Shown: piece by piece, positions 1 to 9,465 of the stretch | How positions within the stretch are numbered: the stretch's first letter is position 1 | Layout: the number at the start of each line of letters is the position of its first letter | Assembly: GCA_965200525.1 (NCBI GenBank) | Contig: OZ241368.1 | Location: 1,235,513 to 1,259,512, forward strand | Direction: 5' to 3' | DNA length: 24,000 nucleotides | Source of the DNA: Kineosporiaceae bacterium | GTDB lineage: Bacteria > Actinomycetota > Actinomycetes > Actinomycetales > Kineosporiaceae | Translations under genes and position numbers: made by a program | Notes under the pieces: generated by a model | Databases searched by the model: none | Told to the model about the DNA's origin: nothing | What the model saw: only the letters and a program-made list of their open reading frames with translations

Positions 1-125
1 CGACTTCGAGATCGACCGGACTCTGCACCCGTCGAGCTTACTGTCCTCGACCATCCGGCGAGGTCAGCGACCCAATCGGCTCAGCCGGCGCTCAGCTCGG
101 AGGGCCGGCGGCCGATCCGGTCGGG

Positions 126-1250
126 TCAGCGGCGGGGACGGCGCTGCCGGCTGACCTCGTCGACGTCCTTGCCGACCCAGCGGTCCGGCTTGGCGTACAG
201 CTCCTCGGTCTCCAGCCCGACCGTGTCGGCCCGGGCCTTGCTCGGCTGCACCCGCTTCGGCTCGCCCGGCATCTTGGGGTAGTCGGGCGGGAAGTTCAGC
301 TCGCCCAGGCCCCGCTCCTCGACGTCGGCCTGCCACAGCGCCAGGGCCGGGGCCAGGTCGCCGACCTGATCGTTCATCGTGGCCCAGGGATCGCCGTGCT
401 CGGCCAGCCGGGCCGGAACGGTCCGCACGGTCAGCGCCACCGGGTCGACGTCGTCCAGCTCGTCCCAGTCGACCGGGGTGGACACCGGGGCGTGGGCCAG
501 CGGGCGCGGGCTCCAGGCCGAGGCGATCGTGCGGTCGCGGTTGGCCTGGTTGAAGTCGACGAACACCCGCTCGCCGCGCTCCTCCTTCCACCAGGCCATG
601 GTGACCAGGTCGGGGTCGCGGCGCTCGAGCTCGCGGCCGATCCCGATCGCGGCGTGCCGCACGTCGAGGAACTCCAGCTCGGGCCGGATCGGGGTGAACA
701 CGTGCACGCCGCGGTTGCCGGAGGTCTTCACCCAGCTGGTCAGCCTGAGCTCGGCCAGCAGGGCCCGGAGCTGGTGGGCCGCCGCCACGGCGTCCTTGAA
801 GTCGCGCCCGGGCTGCGGGTCGAGGTCGATCCGCAGCTCGTCGGGGTTGTCGGTGTTCGCGGTGTGCACCGGCCAGGGGTGGAAGGTGACGGTGTTCATC
901 TGGACCGCCCAGACCGCGGTGGCCACCTCGTCGATCACCAGCTGGGGGTGGCTGCGCCCGCTCGGGTAGACCACCGGCACGGTCCGGCTGTACTCCGGGA
1001 CGCCGCGGGGCGGGTTCTTGGAGTAGAACGCCTCGCCGTCCACGCCTTCGGGGTAGCGCTCCAGCGTCACCGGCCGGTCGCCCAGGGCGTTGAGCAGGGC
1101 CGGGCCGACCGCGACCACGAACTCGGCCAGCTCCTGCTTGGTGATGCCGACCGCCGGCCAGAGCACCCGGTCCGGGCTGGACAGCCGGACCGATCGAGGC
1201 CCCTCGGGACCGGTCGTCTCGATCTGAACCGCTGCGCTCTTGGCCGCCAT
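126..1250 (-). CDS. Stand-alone LigD-type primase-polymerase (archaeo-eukaryotic primase fold; Prim-PolC-like)
   Basis: ORF 126..1601(-) trimmed to the ATG at 1248-1250 (MAAKSAAVQIE...), because the upstream part overlaps the ligase gene in another frame. AEP/LigD-Pol motifs are visible in the translation: ELRIDLDP (DxD metal site), VKTSGNRGVHVF, ERVFVDFNQN. The gene starts 11 nt after the ligase stop on the same strand. Confidence 0.85.
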   Translation of the reverse strand: MAAKSAAVQIETTGPEGPRSVRLSSPDRVLWPAVGITKQELAEFVVAVGPALLNALGDRPVTLERYPEGVDGEAFYSKNPPRGVPEYSRTVPVVYPSGRSHPQLVIDEVATAVWAVQMNTVTFHPWPVHTANTDNPDELRIDLDPQPGRDFKDAVAAAHQLRALLAELRLTSWVKTSGNRGVHVFTPIRPELEFLDVRHAAIGIGRELERRDPDLVTMAWWKEERGERVFVDFNQANRDRTIASAWSPRPLAHAPVSTPVDWDELDDVDPVALTVRTVPARLAEHGDPWATMNDQVGDLAPALALWQADVEERGLGELNFPPDYPKMPGEPKRVQPSKARADTVGLETEELYAKPDRWVGKDVDEVSRQRRPRR

Positions 1251-1261
1251 GACCGCAGAAC

Positions 1262-2410
1262 CTACTCGTCGCGAGCCGGATCGGCACCGGTACCGGCCGG
1301 GCCGGCACGCTCGATCGCCGGCCGGATGCTGCCGACCGGTGACAGCACGTCGGCCAGCCGGAAGCTGACCGGCTGCTCGAGCTGCTCGTAGCCGCAACTG
1401 GCCGGCTCCCGATCGGTCCGCCAGCGCCGGAACTGGGCCGTGTGCCGGAACCGGTTGCCCTCCATCTGGTCGTAAGCCACCTCGACCACCAGCTCCGGGC
1501 GCAGCGGCACGAACGACAGGTCCTTGGTCGCGTTCCAGCGGCTGACGTTGCCCGGCATCCGGCTGTGCTCGTGGGCCTGGGCCTCGGCCCAGCGCCCCCA
1601 CGGGTGCGTGCTCAGCTCGGCGTCCGGCATCCGGTACGGCTCGAGCTCATCCAGCAGCTCGGCCCGCCGGGCCATGGTGAACGACGCCGCGACGCCGACG
1701 TGCTGCAGGGCCGGCCCGTCGTCCCCCTCGGTCCACAGCCCGAGCAGCAACGAGCCGACGATCGGGCCGCTCTTGTGCCGGCGGAAGCCGGCCACCACGC
1801 AGTCCGCCGTCCGGGCGTGCTTGATCTTGAACATGGTCCGCTTGTCCGGCAGGTAGGGCCCGTCCAGCGGCTTGGCCACCACGCCGTCCAGGCCCGCGCC
1901 CTCGAAGATGCCGAACCAGTCCCGGGCGGTGGCCAGGTCGGAGGTCGCCGGAGTGCAGTACACCGGCGCCTTGGCCCCGGCCAGGGCCTGCACCAGCATC
2001 GCCCGGCGCTCGCCGAACGGCCGGCCGGTGAGATCGTCGTCGCCCAGGGCGAGCAGGTCGAAGCCGATGAACGAGGCCGGCGTCTCCTCGGCCAGCAGGG
2101 CCACCCGGCTGGCCGCGGGGTGGATCCGCAGCTGCAGCGTCTCGAACTCGAGCCGGTCGTCACCGATGACCACGATCTCGCCGTCGATCACGCACCGCGG
2201 CGGGGTGTTGGCCTTGATCGCCTCGACCACCTCCGGGAAGTACCGGGTCATCGGCTTCTCGTTGCGGCTTCCGAGAACCACCTCGTCGCCGTCCCGGAAG
2301 ACGATCGTGCGGAAGCCGTCCCACTTGGGTTCCACGTGGCCGACGTCCGGGATCTCGGGTACCGACTTGGCCAGCATCGGCTTGACCGGGGGCATCACGG
2401 GCAGGTCCAT
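1262..2410 (-). CDS. ligC: ATP-dependent DNA ligase, LigC type (adenylation + OB domains only)
   Basis: 382-aa ORF with an ATG at 2408-2410. The N-terminus [16 protein letters not shown]...EPKWDGFR carries ligase motif I (KxDG). The rest reads like actinobacterial LigC ([42 protein letters not shown]). Its size excludes fused Pol or PE domains. Confidence 0.9.
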   Translation of the reverse strand: MDLPVMPPVKPMLAKSVPEIPDVGHVEPKWDGFRTIVFRDGDEVVLGSRNEKPMTRYFPEVVEAIKANTPPRCVIDGEIVVIGDDRLEFETLQLRIHPAASRVALLAEETPASFIGFDLLALGDDDLTGRPFGERRAMLVQALAGAKAPVYCTPATSDLATARDWFGIFEGAGLDGVVAKPLDGPYLPDKRTMFKIKHARTADCVVAGFRRHKSGPIVGSLLLGLWTEGDDGPALQHVGVAASFTMARRAELLDELEPYRMPDAELSTHPWGRWAEAQAHEHSRMPGNVSRWNATKDLSFVPLRPELVVEVAYDQMEGNRFRHTAQFRRWRTDREPASCGYEQLEQPVSFRLADVLSPVGSIRPAIERAGPAGTGADPARDE

Positions 2411-2509
2411 GCACCCATCCTGGCCCAGACATCGTCCCGCGTCCCTCCACCACCCCTCGAGCGCGGGTTCCGTCCTCCGACGGCCCCCGGCTGTGGTCTG
2501 CTTGGACGC

Positions 2510-3286
2510 ATGTCAAGCTCCCTGCCTTCAGGGCCGACGGCAGTCGGTCTGCCGGCGCGTGCGCGCGCCTGCCTGTTCGATCTGGACGGCGTCCTCACCG
2601 ACACCGCCTCCGTCCACGCCGCCGCCTGGAAGGAGATGTTCGACGGCTTCCTGCAGCAACGGGCCGCCCGCACCGGCGAACCGTTCGTCGCCTTCGACAT
2701 CGCCACCGACTACCCGGCCTACGTGGACGGCAAGCGCCGCCCGGACGGCACCCGCGGTTTCCTGGCCTCGCGCGGAATCGACCTGCCCGAGGGCACGCCC
2801 GACGACCCGCCGGAGGCCGACACCGTCAACGGCCTCGGCACCCGCAAGAACAACCTGGTCCACGCCAAGATCGCCCGCGACGGCGTCACCGTCTTCCCGG
2901 GCACCGTGGAGTACCTCGAAGCGGTGCAGGCTGCGGGGATGCGGATCGCCGTCGTCTCGTCCAGCGCCAACACCGAGGAGGTGCTGCGGGTCACCGGCCT
3001 GGAGCGCTTCGTCGAGACCCGGATAGACGCCCAGGCCGCGATCAGCCGGCACCTGAAGGGCAAGCCGGCGCCGGACACCTTCCTGGCCGGGGCCGAGGCG
3101 CTCGGCGTCGGCGCCGACGAGGCGGTGGTCTTCGAGGACGCGATCGTCGGGGTCGAGGCCGGCCGGGCCGGGGCCTTCGCGCTGGTCGTCGGGGTCGACC
3201 GGGTGGGTCACGCCCAGGCCCTGAGCGACCACGGTGCGGACATCGTGGTGACGGACCTCGCCGACCTGGTAGAGGTTCGGTCATGA
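2510..3286 (+). CDS. Beta-phosphoglucomutase-family HAD hydrolase
   Basis: This is the in-frame ATG at 2510 (MSSSLPSG...) within ORF 1442..3286; the upstream part of that ORF is antisense to ligC. HAD motifs are present: [10 protein letters not shown] (DxDG), [23 protein letters not shown]. The stop overlaps the next start (ATGA at 3283-3286). Confidence 0.85.
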   Translation: MSSSLPSGPTAVGLPARARACLFDLDGVLTDTASVHAAAWKEMFDGFLQQRAARTGEPFVAFDIATDYPAYVDGKRRPDGTRGFLASRGIDLPEGTPDDPPEADTVNGLGTRKNNLVHAKIARDGVTVFPGTVEYLEAVQAAGMRIAVVSSSANTEEVLRVTGLERFVETRIDAQAAISRHLKGKPAPDTFLAGAEALGVGADEAVVFEDAIVGVEAGRAGAFALVVGVDRVGHAQALSDHGADIVVTDLADLVEVRS

Positions 3287-5688
3287 ACGGTCGCGCAGCA
3301 TTCACGGTCGAGCCGTGGTGCATCCGGGAGAGCGAGCTGCGGTTCGACGCCCTCGCCCCCACCGAGTCGGTTTTCACGCTGTCCAACGGCCACCTGGGCG
3401 TTCGGGGCAATCTCGACGAGGGCGAGCCGCACGGCCTGCCGGGCACCTACCTGAACTCGGTCTACGAACGGCGTCCGCTGCCTTACGCCGAGGCCGGTTA
3501 CGGCGATCCGGAGTCCGGACAGACCATCATCAACGTCACCAACGGCAAGCTGATCCGGCTGCTGGTCGACGACGAGCCGTTCGACGTCCGCTACGGCGCC
3601 CTGCTGCAGCACGAGCGCGTGCTCGACCTGCGGGCCGGCACCCTCGGCCGGGTGGCCGAGTGGAAGTCCCCGGCCGACCAGTCGGTCCGGGTGACGTCGA
3701 CCCGGCTGGTGTCACTGACCCACCGCTCGGTGATGGCGATCGCCTACGAGGTCGAGCCGCTGGAGGCGTCGGCCCGGGTGGTGCTGCAGTCGGAGCTGGT
3801 CTCCAACGAGCAACTGCCCGACCACGGCACCGCCGACCCCCGGGTCGCCGCCGCCCTGGACAACCCGCTGCAGCCGCTGGAGCACGACGTCCGAGGCATG
3901 CGGCTCTCCCTGCTGCACGAGACCCGGCGCAGCGGACGACGGGTCGCCGCCGCCGCCGACCACCTGGTCGAGGCCCCGGAAGGGGTCAAGATCACCACTG
4001 AGGCCGAGATCCGCCCGGAGTGGGGCCGGGTCACGGTCACCGCCACCCTGAAGCCGGGCCAGAAGCTGCGGCTGATCAAGTTCGTCAGCTACGGCTGGTC
4101 GTCCGAGCGTTCGGTGCCGGCGCTGCGCGACCAGGTCGCCGCCGGCCTGACCGGAGCCATGCACACCGGCTGGAACGGCCTGATCGACGAGCAGCGGGCC
4201 TATCTGGACGAGTTCTGGGCCCGGTCCGACGTCGAGGTCGAGGGCGACGAAGAACTGCAGCAGGCGGTGCGGTTCGCCCTGTTCCACGTGCTCCAGGCCG
4301 GCGCTCGGGCCGAGCAACGGCCGATCTCGGCCAAGGGCCTGACCGGCCCCGGCTACGACGGGCACTGCTTCTGGGACACCGAGACCTTCGTGCTGCCGGT
4401 GCTGATCCACACCGCCCCGGACACCGCGGCCGACGCCCTGCGCTGGCGGCACCGCACGCTGCCCAAGGCCCGGGCCCGGGCCGCGACGCTCGGCCTCAAG
4501 GGCGCGGCGTTCCCGTGGCGCACGATCAACGGCGACGAGTGCTCCGGGTACTGGCCGGCCGGCACCGCCGCGTTCCACATCAACGCCGACATCGCCGACG
4601 CCGTGATCCGCTATCACGACGCCACCCGCGACGAGGCCTTCGACCGCGAGGTCGGCCTGGAACTGCTGGTCGAGACGGCCCGGCTGTGGCGCTCGCTGGG
4701 CTCGCACGACCGCGACGGCTGGTTCCGGATCGACGGCGTGACCGGGCCCGACGAGTACAGCGCGGTGCAGGACAACAACGTCTACACCAACCTGATGGCC
4801 GAGCGGAACCTGCGGGCGGCGGCGGCCGTGGCCCGGCGCTACCCGGCCGAGGCGACCGCGCTCGGGGTCACCGCCGACGAGATCGCCGCCTGGCGGCAGT
4901 GCGCCGACACGGTGTTCATCCCGTTCGACGAGAAGCTCGGCGTGCACCCGCAGTCCGAGGGCTTCACCCGGCACGCGGTGCTCGACTTCGAGTCGCTCAC
5001 CGACGCCGACTACCCGCTGCTGCTGAGCATGCCGTACGTGCAGCTCTACCGGCAGCAGGTGGTCAAGCAGTCCGACCTGGTGCTGGCCATGCAGTTGCGC
5101 GGCGACGCGTTCACGGCCGAGCAGAAGGCGGCCAACTTCGCCTACTACGAGAAGCTCACGGTCCGGGACTCGTCGCTGTCGGCCTGCACCCAGGCGGTGA
5201 TCGCGGCCGAGGTCGGCCATCTCGGGCTGGCCTACGACTACGCCTGCGAGGCGGCCCTGATGGACCTGCACGACACCACCCGGACGACCGGTAACGGCCT
5301 GCACATCGCCTCGCTGGCCGGAGCCTGGATGACGCTGGTCGGTGGGTTCGGCGGGATGCGCGACCACGCCGGCACGCTGAGCTTCTCGCCCCGGCTGCCG
5401 CCGGAGATCACCCGGCTGGCCTTCACCATCACCCACCGGGGACTGCGGTTGCGGGTGGAGACCAACGGCCGGGACGCCACCTACACCCTCAACGACCACG
5501 ACGCCACGCTTGAGCTGCAGCATCACGGCGAGCGGGTGTCCCTGGTCAGCGGCAAGCCGGTGACGCTGTCGGTGCCACCGGCCCCGAGCCGGCCGCGCCC
5601 CACCCAGCCCTACGGCCGCGAACCCCGCCGGGCCTTCCGGGGCAACAACAACCCGGTGGCGGCCGCCGAGCCCTTCCACGCCGGCTGA
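3283..5688 (+). CDS. Glycoside hydrolase family 65 disaccharide phosphorylase (maltose/trehalose/kojibiose phosphorylase family; substrate unknown)
   Basis: 801-aa ORF. The N-terminus ([22 protein letters not shown]...GTYLNSVYE) and the central (alpha/alpha)6 region ([26 protein letters not shown]) are typical of GH65. It is translationally coupled to the beta-PGM-like gene. Confidence 0.85.
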   Translation: MNGRAAFTVEPWCIRESELRFDALAPTESVFTLSNGHLGVRGNLDEGEPHGLPGTYLNSVYERRPLPYAEAGYGDPESGQTIINVTNGKLIRLLVDDEPFDVRYGALLQHERVLDLRAGTLGRVAEWKSPADQSVRVTSTRLVSLTHRSVMAIAYEVEPLEASARVVLQSELVSNEQLPDHGTADPRVAAALDNPLQPLEHDVRGMRLSLLHETRRSGRRVAAAADHLVEAPEGVKITTEAEIRPEWGRVTVTATLKPGQKLRLIKFVSYGWSSERSVPALRDQVAAGLTGAMHTGWNGLIDEQRAYLDEFWARSDVEVEGDEELQQAVRFALFHVLQAGARAEQRPISAKGLTGPGYDGHCFWDTETFVLPVLIHTAPDTAADALRWRHRTLPKARARAATLGLKGAAFPWRTINGDECSGYWPAGTAAFHINADIADAVIRYHDATRDEAFDREVGLELLVETARLWRSLGSHDRDGWFRIDGVTGPDEYSAVQDNNVYTNLMAERNLRAAAAVARRYPAEATALGVTADEIAAWRQCADTVFIPFDEKLGVHPQSEGFTRHAVLDFESLTDADYPLLLSMPYVQLYRQQVVKQSDLVLAMQLRGDAFTAEQKAANFAYYEKLTVRDSSLSACTQAVIAAEVGHLGLAYDYACEAALMDLHDTTRTTGNGLHIASLAGAWMTLVGGFGGMRDHAGTLSFSPRLPPEITRLAFTITHRGLRLRVETNGRDATYTLNDHDATLELQHHGERVSLVSGKPVTLSVPPAPSRPRPTQPYGREPRRAFRGNNNPVAAAEPFHAG

Positions 5689-5706
5689 GGGTCCGCCCCC
5701 GCTGAG

Positions 5707-5753
5707 ATCGGGCCGGGATCTGACCCATCGGCCAGGTCAGAACCCGGCCCGAT
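5707..5753. terminator. Long GC-rich hairpin between convergent genes (candidate bidirectional terminator, no U-tract)
   Basis: ATCGGGCCGGGATCTGACC (5707-5725) is the reverse complement of GGTCAGAACCCGGCCCGAT (5735-5753), apart from one central A/A mismatch. The loop is 9 nt. It lies between the GH65 stop (5688) and the deoA stop (5769). Confidence 0.6.
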
Positions 5754-5768
5754 TGGCCGCTGCTCGCC

Positions 5769-7058
5769 TCAGGCGGTGATTCGGTCGATCACCAGGGGGC
5801 GGAGCAGGGGGCGGTCGCCGAGGGGGGCGATCTGGTAGCCGCCGTCCAGGGCCTCCAGCGCGGCGGCGAACCGGTCCGGGGTGTCGGTGTGCAGGGTGAA
5901 CAGCGGCTGCCCGCCGACCACCTCGGCCCCGGGCTTGGCGTGCATCTCGACCCCGGCCCCGGCCTGCACCGGGTCCTCCTTGCGGCTGCGGCCGGCGCCG
6001 AGCCGCCAAGCGGCCAGGCCCACCGCCATCGCGTCCAGCCCGACCAGGACGCCGTCGGCCGGGGCCAGCACCTGGTGAGTCTCCTTCGCGGTGGGCAGAG
6101 CTGCTTCGGGGTCGCCGCCCTGGGCCGCGATCATCCGCCGCCAGGAGTCCATCGCCGAGCCGTCGGCCAGGGCCTTCTCCGGGTCGGCGTCGATTCCGGC
6201 CGCCTGCAGCATCTCCCGGGCCAGCACCAGGGTCAGCTCGACGACGTCCGGCGGCCCGCCACCGGCCAGCACCTCGAGCGACTCCCGGACCTCGAGGGCG
6301 TTGCCCGCGGTGAGCCCGAGCGGGGTCGACATCTCGGTCAGCAGGGCCACGGTGTTGACGCCGGCCGCCGCCCCGAGCTGGACCATCGTGGTGGCCAGCA
6401 GCCGGGCCTGGGCCTCGGTCTTCATGAACGCCCCGGTGCCGACCTTGACGTCGAGCACCAGCGCCCCGGTGCCCTCGGCGATCTTCTTGCTCATGATCGA
6501 GCTGGCGATCAGCGGGATCGACTCGACGGTGCCGGTGACGTCGCGCAGCGAGTACATCTTGCGGTCGGCCGGAGCCAGCCCGGCGCCGGCCGCGCAGACC
6601 ACCGCGCCGACGTCGGAGAGCTGGGCGTGCATCTCGGCGTTGCTCAGTGAGGCCCGCCAGCCCGGGATCGACTCCAGCTTGTCCAGGGTGCCGCCGGTGT
6701 GCCCGAGCCCCCGGCCGGACAGCTGCGGCACCGCCGCGCCGCAGGCCGCGACCAGCGGGGTCAGGGGCAGGGTGATCTTGTCGCCGACGCCGCCGGTGGA
6801 ATGCTTGTCGGTGGTCGGGCGGTCGAGGCCGGAGAAGTCGAGCCGCTCCCCCGAGGCGACCATGGCCGCCGTCCAGCGGGCGATCTCGCCCGGCTGCATG
6901 CCGTTCAGCAGGATGGCCATCAGCAGGGCGGACATCTGCTCGTCGGCCACCGCACCCCGGGTGTAGGCACCGACCACCCAGTCGATCTGGGCGTCGCTCA
7001 GAATGCCCCGGTCCCGCTTGCGGGCGATCACGTCGACGGCTGCGAAGGCTTCGCTCAT
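5769..7058 (-). CDS. deoA: Thymidine (pyrimidine-nucleoside) phosphorylase
   Basis: 429-aa ORF with an ATG at 7056-7058. Signature motifs are present: DKHSTGGVGDKITLPL, RGLGHTGGTLDKLESIPG and MSKKIAEG. Confidence 0.93.
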   Translation of the reverse strand: MSEAFAAVDVIARKRDRGILSDAQIDWVVGAYTRGAVADEQMSALLMAILLNGMQPGEIARWTAAMVASGERLDFSGLDRPTTDKHSTGGVGDKITLPLTPLVAACGAAVPQLSGRGLGHTGGTLDKLESIPGWRASLSNAEMHAQLSDVGAVVCAAGAGLAPADRKMYSLRDVTGTVESIPLIASSIMSKKIAEGTGALVLDVKVGTGAFMKTEAQARLLATTMVQLGAAAGVNTVALLTEMSTPLGLTAGNALEVRESLEVLAGGGPPDVVELTLVLAREMLQAAGIDADPEKALADGSAMDSWRRMIAAQGGDPEAALPTAKETHQVLAPADGVLVGLDAMAVGLAAWRLGAGRSRKEDPVQAGAGVEMHAKPGAEVVGGQPLFTLHTDTPDRFAAALEALDGGYQIAPLGDRPLLRPLVIDRITA

Positions 7059-7139
7059 CCAGCAGACACTAGCCGCAGGATGGGCGCGAACCCCGCACCG
7101 GTACGCCCGACGCAGAACCGCTGGCTAGGATCGGGGACC

Positions 7140-7718
7140 ATGGTCAGCCCCCGTGAGAGTGACCGGTTCGAGGCCGAGACACTGCCCGAATGGCGGGCCT
7201 GGCTGGCGGTCAACCATCTCTCCAGCACGGGGATCTGGCTGGTGATGTGGAAGACGGCGACCGGCCGGCCGCGGATCGGCTACGAACCGGCGGTCGAGGA
7301 GGCCCTGGCCTTCGGCTGGGTCGACAGCAAGGGCGCGTCCCTGGACGACGAGCGGACCATGCTCTGGTTCACCCGGCGCAAGGACAGCAGCCCGTGGTCG
7401 CTGACCAACAAGGAGCGGGTGGCCCGGCTCGAGGCCTCGGGCCGGATGGCCGATGCCGGGCGCGGCGCGATCCGGGCGGCCCAGGCCAACGGCATGTGGA
7501 CGATCCTGGACGACGCCCAGCGGCTGATCGTGCCCGACGACCTGGCCACGGCCCTGGCCGCCGAGACCGGGGCCCGCGAGCACTGGGACGGCTTCTCGGC
7601 CTCGGCCCGGCGCAGCGTGCTGGAGTGGATCGCGCTGGCCCGGCGGCCGGCCACCCGGCAGAACCGGATCGCCGAGACCGCCCGCCGCGCCGCCCTCGGC
7701 GAGCCGGCCAATCAGTAG
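7140..7718 (+). CDS. YdeI/OmpD-associated family protein (function unknown)
   Basis: This is the in-frame ATG at 7140 within ORF 6699..7718; the upstream part of that ORF is antisense to deoA. The pattern WRAWLAVNH...GIWLVMWK...IGYEPAVEEALAFGWVDS plus a C-terminal helical region matches the YdeI-like family as I recall it. Confidence 0.7.
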   Translation: MVSPRESDRFEAETLPEWRAWLAVNHLSSTGIWLVMWKTATGRPRIGYEPAVEEALAFGWVDSKGASLDDERTMLWFTRRKDSSPWSLTNKERVARLEASGRMADAGRGAIRAAQANGMWTILDDAQRLIVPDDLATALAAETGAREHWDGFSASARRSVLEWIALARRPATRQNRIAETARRAALGEPANQ

Positions 7719-7721
7719 CCC

Positions 7722-7805
7722 CGGTGCGGGCCCAGGTCAGGTGTGGACTCGGGCCGTTATGGACTCGGGCCAGGTGCGGGCTCGGGTCAGGTGTGGGCGC
7801 GGCTG
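7722..7805. repeat. Imperfect tandem array with a period of about 17 bp (5 units, consensus AGGTGYGGRCTCGGGYC)
   Basis: Units read directly from the sequence: cggtgcgggcccaggtc (7722-7738), aggtgtggactcgggcc (7739-7755), gttatggactcgggcc (7756-7771), aggtgcgggctcgggtc (7772-7788), aggtgtgggcgcggctg (7789-7805). The array fills the YdeI/cdd convergent spacer and covers the last approximately 6 codons of cdd. Confidence 0.7.
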
Positions 7806-8188
7806 AGGTCGTCGGGGCCGAACGCGTCCGGCAGCACCTCGGCCATCGTGATCACCCCGTGCGAGGTCTCGACCAGCAGCGCCGCGCCGCCGAACTCCCA
7901 GAGCAGCTGCCGGCAGCGCCCGCAGGGCATCAGCAGCTCGCCGTCCGGCCCGACGCAGGTGAAGGCGACCAGCCGGCCACCGCCGCTCGCGTTCAGCGCC
8001 GAGACCAGGCCGCACTCGGCACACAGCCCGACGCCGTAGGAGGCGTTCTCGACGTTGCAGCCGACGACCACCCGGCCGTCGTCGACCAGGGCCGCCGCCC
8101 CGACCGGGAACCGGGAGTACGGCGCGTAGGCCTGCTGCATGACGGCCCGGGCCGCCGCCCGCAGCCCCTCCCAGTCGACCGCCGTCAT
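7787..8188 (-). CDS. cdd: Cytidine deaminase
   Basis: 133-aa ORF. Zinc-site motifs CAECG and PCGRCRQ are present, and the N-terminus AYAPYSRFPVGAA is typical. Its ATG overlaps the stop of the upstream permease (ATGA at 8185-8188). Confidence 0.93.
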   Translation of the reverse strand: MTAVDWEGLRAAARAVMQQAYAPYSRFPVGAAALVDDGRVVVGCNVENASYGVGLCAECGLVSALNASGGGRLVAFTCVGPDGELLMPCGRCRQLLWEFGGAALLVETSHGVITMAEVLPDAFGPDDLSRAHT

Positions 8189-9465
8189 CGGCTGCCGCCG
8201 CGGCGGTAGACCAGACCGTCGGCCTTCGGCATCCGCAACCGCTGCGAGGCCAGGGCCAGCACCAGCAGCGTGGTGATGTACGGCGTCATGAAGGTGATCT
8301 GCTGCGGCAGCTGGTCGGACTCGAGGTACCAGAACAGCGACAGCAGGGCGAAGACGGCCGAGACGACCCCGGCCACGACCCGGCGCTGCCAGAGCGCGTA
8401 GAGCGCCAACCCGGCCAGCAGCACGGCCACCACCAGCAGCAGGGCGTGCACGGCGTCGGCGTTGCGCAGCTGCATCGCGTCGGTGTAGCCGAACAGGCCG
8501 GCTCCGGCGACCAGACCGCCGGGCCGCCAGTTACCGAAGATCATCGCGGCCAGGCCGATGTACCCGCGCCCGCCGGTCTGGCCCTCGCGGTAGATCCCGG
8601 AGGCGACGATGGCCAGGTAGGCGCCGGCGAACCCGGCCAGCGCCCCGGACATCACCACCGCGGCGTACTTGTGCAGGTAGACCTTCACCCCGAGAGACTC
8701 GGCCGCGTAAGGGTCTTCGCCGCAGGCCCGCAAGCGCAGCCCGAAAGCGGTTCGCCAGAGTATGAAGTAGGTGGCCACCACCAGGGCCACCGCGACCAGG
8801 GTGAGCACCGAGACGTTGGTGGTCAGCCCGCGCAGAATGCCGGCCAGGTCGGAGATCAGGAACCAGTGGTGCCCCTCCAGCGGGTTCAGCAGGTCGGCCG
8901 CGCCCGGGATCGAGGGGGCCGGCAGCGACGGGATGTGCGGGGACTGGGACTGCCCGCCGCCGGGCGTGCCGTCGAGCAGCACCCGGGCCATGAACTGGGT
9001 GACGCCGAGCCCGAGGATGTTGATCGCCACGCCGGAGACGATGTGGTCGACGCCGAAGGTGATCGTGGCGACGGCGTGCACCAGGCCACCGACCGCGCCG
9101 AACGCGATCGCGGCCAGCAGTCCGAGCCAGGGCCCGTGCTGCCAGCCGATCCAGCCGGCCCCGAAGGTGCCGAGGATCATCATGCCTTCGAGGCCGATGT
9201 TGACCACGCCGGCCCGTTCGGACCACAGCCCGCCCAGGCCGGCCATGCCGATCGGAACAGCCAGGGTGAGGGCGGCGCTGACCGTCCCGCCGGAGGTGAG
9301 GTCGCCGGCGCCGGAGATCGTCCGGACCGCGCTGAGCGCGACCAGCCCGAGGGCGACCAGCATCAGGATCCGGTACCGGCCGAGCGCGGCCAGCCGGCTC
9401 GACGTCGGGGCCGGACCGGCCGAACCGCCCGGCTCGGCGTTCCTGACCTGCGTCGGGGCGCTCAC
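8185..9465 (-). CDS. ABC transporter permease (BMP-family / nucleoside-type uptake system, second permease)
   Basis: 426-aa polytopic hydrophobic ORF containing GLWSERAGVVNIGLEGMM and IFGNWRPGG. The GTG start overlaps the stop of the upstream permease (GTGA at 9462-9465). Confidence 0.88.
   Translation of the reverse strand: MSAPTQVRNAEPGGSAGPAPTSSRLAALGRYRILMLVALGLVALSAVRTISGAGDLTSGGTVSAALTLAVPIGMAGLGGLWSERAGVVNIGLEGMMILGTFGAGWIGWQHGPWLGLLAAIAFGAVGGLVHAVATITFGVDHIVSGVAINILGLGVTQFMARVLLDGTPGGGQSQSPHIPSLPAPSIPGAADLLNPLEGHHWFLISDLAGILRGLTTNVSVLTLVAVALVVATYFILWRTAFGLRLRACGEDPYAAESLGVKVYLHKYAAVVMSGALAGFAGAYLAIVASGIYREGQTGGRGYIGLAAMIFGNWRPGGLVAGAGLFGYTDAMQLRNADAVHALLLVVAVLLAGLALYALWQRRVVAGVVSAVFALLSLFWYLESDQLPQQITFMTPYITTLLVLALASQRLRMPKADGLVYRRGGSR

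Noticed and set aside
1-125. A possible gene fragment at the left edge. One option is a plus-strand C-terminus (…DFEIDRTLHPSS…). The other is a minus-strand start at the ATG on 52-54 (MVEDSKLDG…).
   Set aside because: Only about 50-120 nt are available, both readings have acceptable position-3 bias, and neither has a recognisable motif or RBS. This is not enough to support a call.
1251-1601. N-terminal extensions in the ORF track: the polymerase to 1601, the beta-PGM-like gene to 1442, the YdeI-like gene to 6699, the first permease to 11090, the BMP gene to 13568, the amidohydrolase to 15061 and manC to 20088.
   Set aside because: The extensions overlap neighbouring genes or are low-complexity, and family similarity begins only at the internal starts. 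Several internal starts are also supported by ATGA/GTGA coupling or an SD sequence.
7722-7820. The tandem repeats here and at 12301-12344 might be a CRISPR array.
   Set aside because: The units are 11-17 bp and directly abutting with no spacers, there are no cas genes, and one array overlaps a CDS. They are simple tandem repeats.
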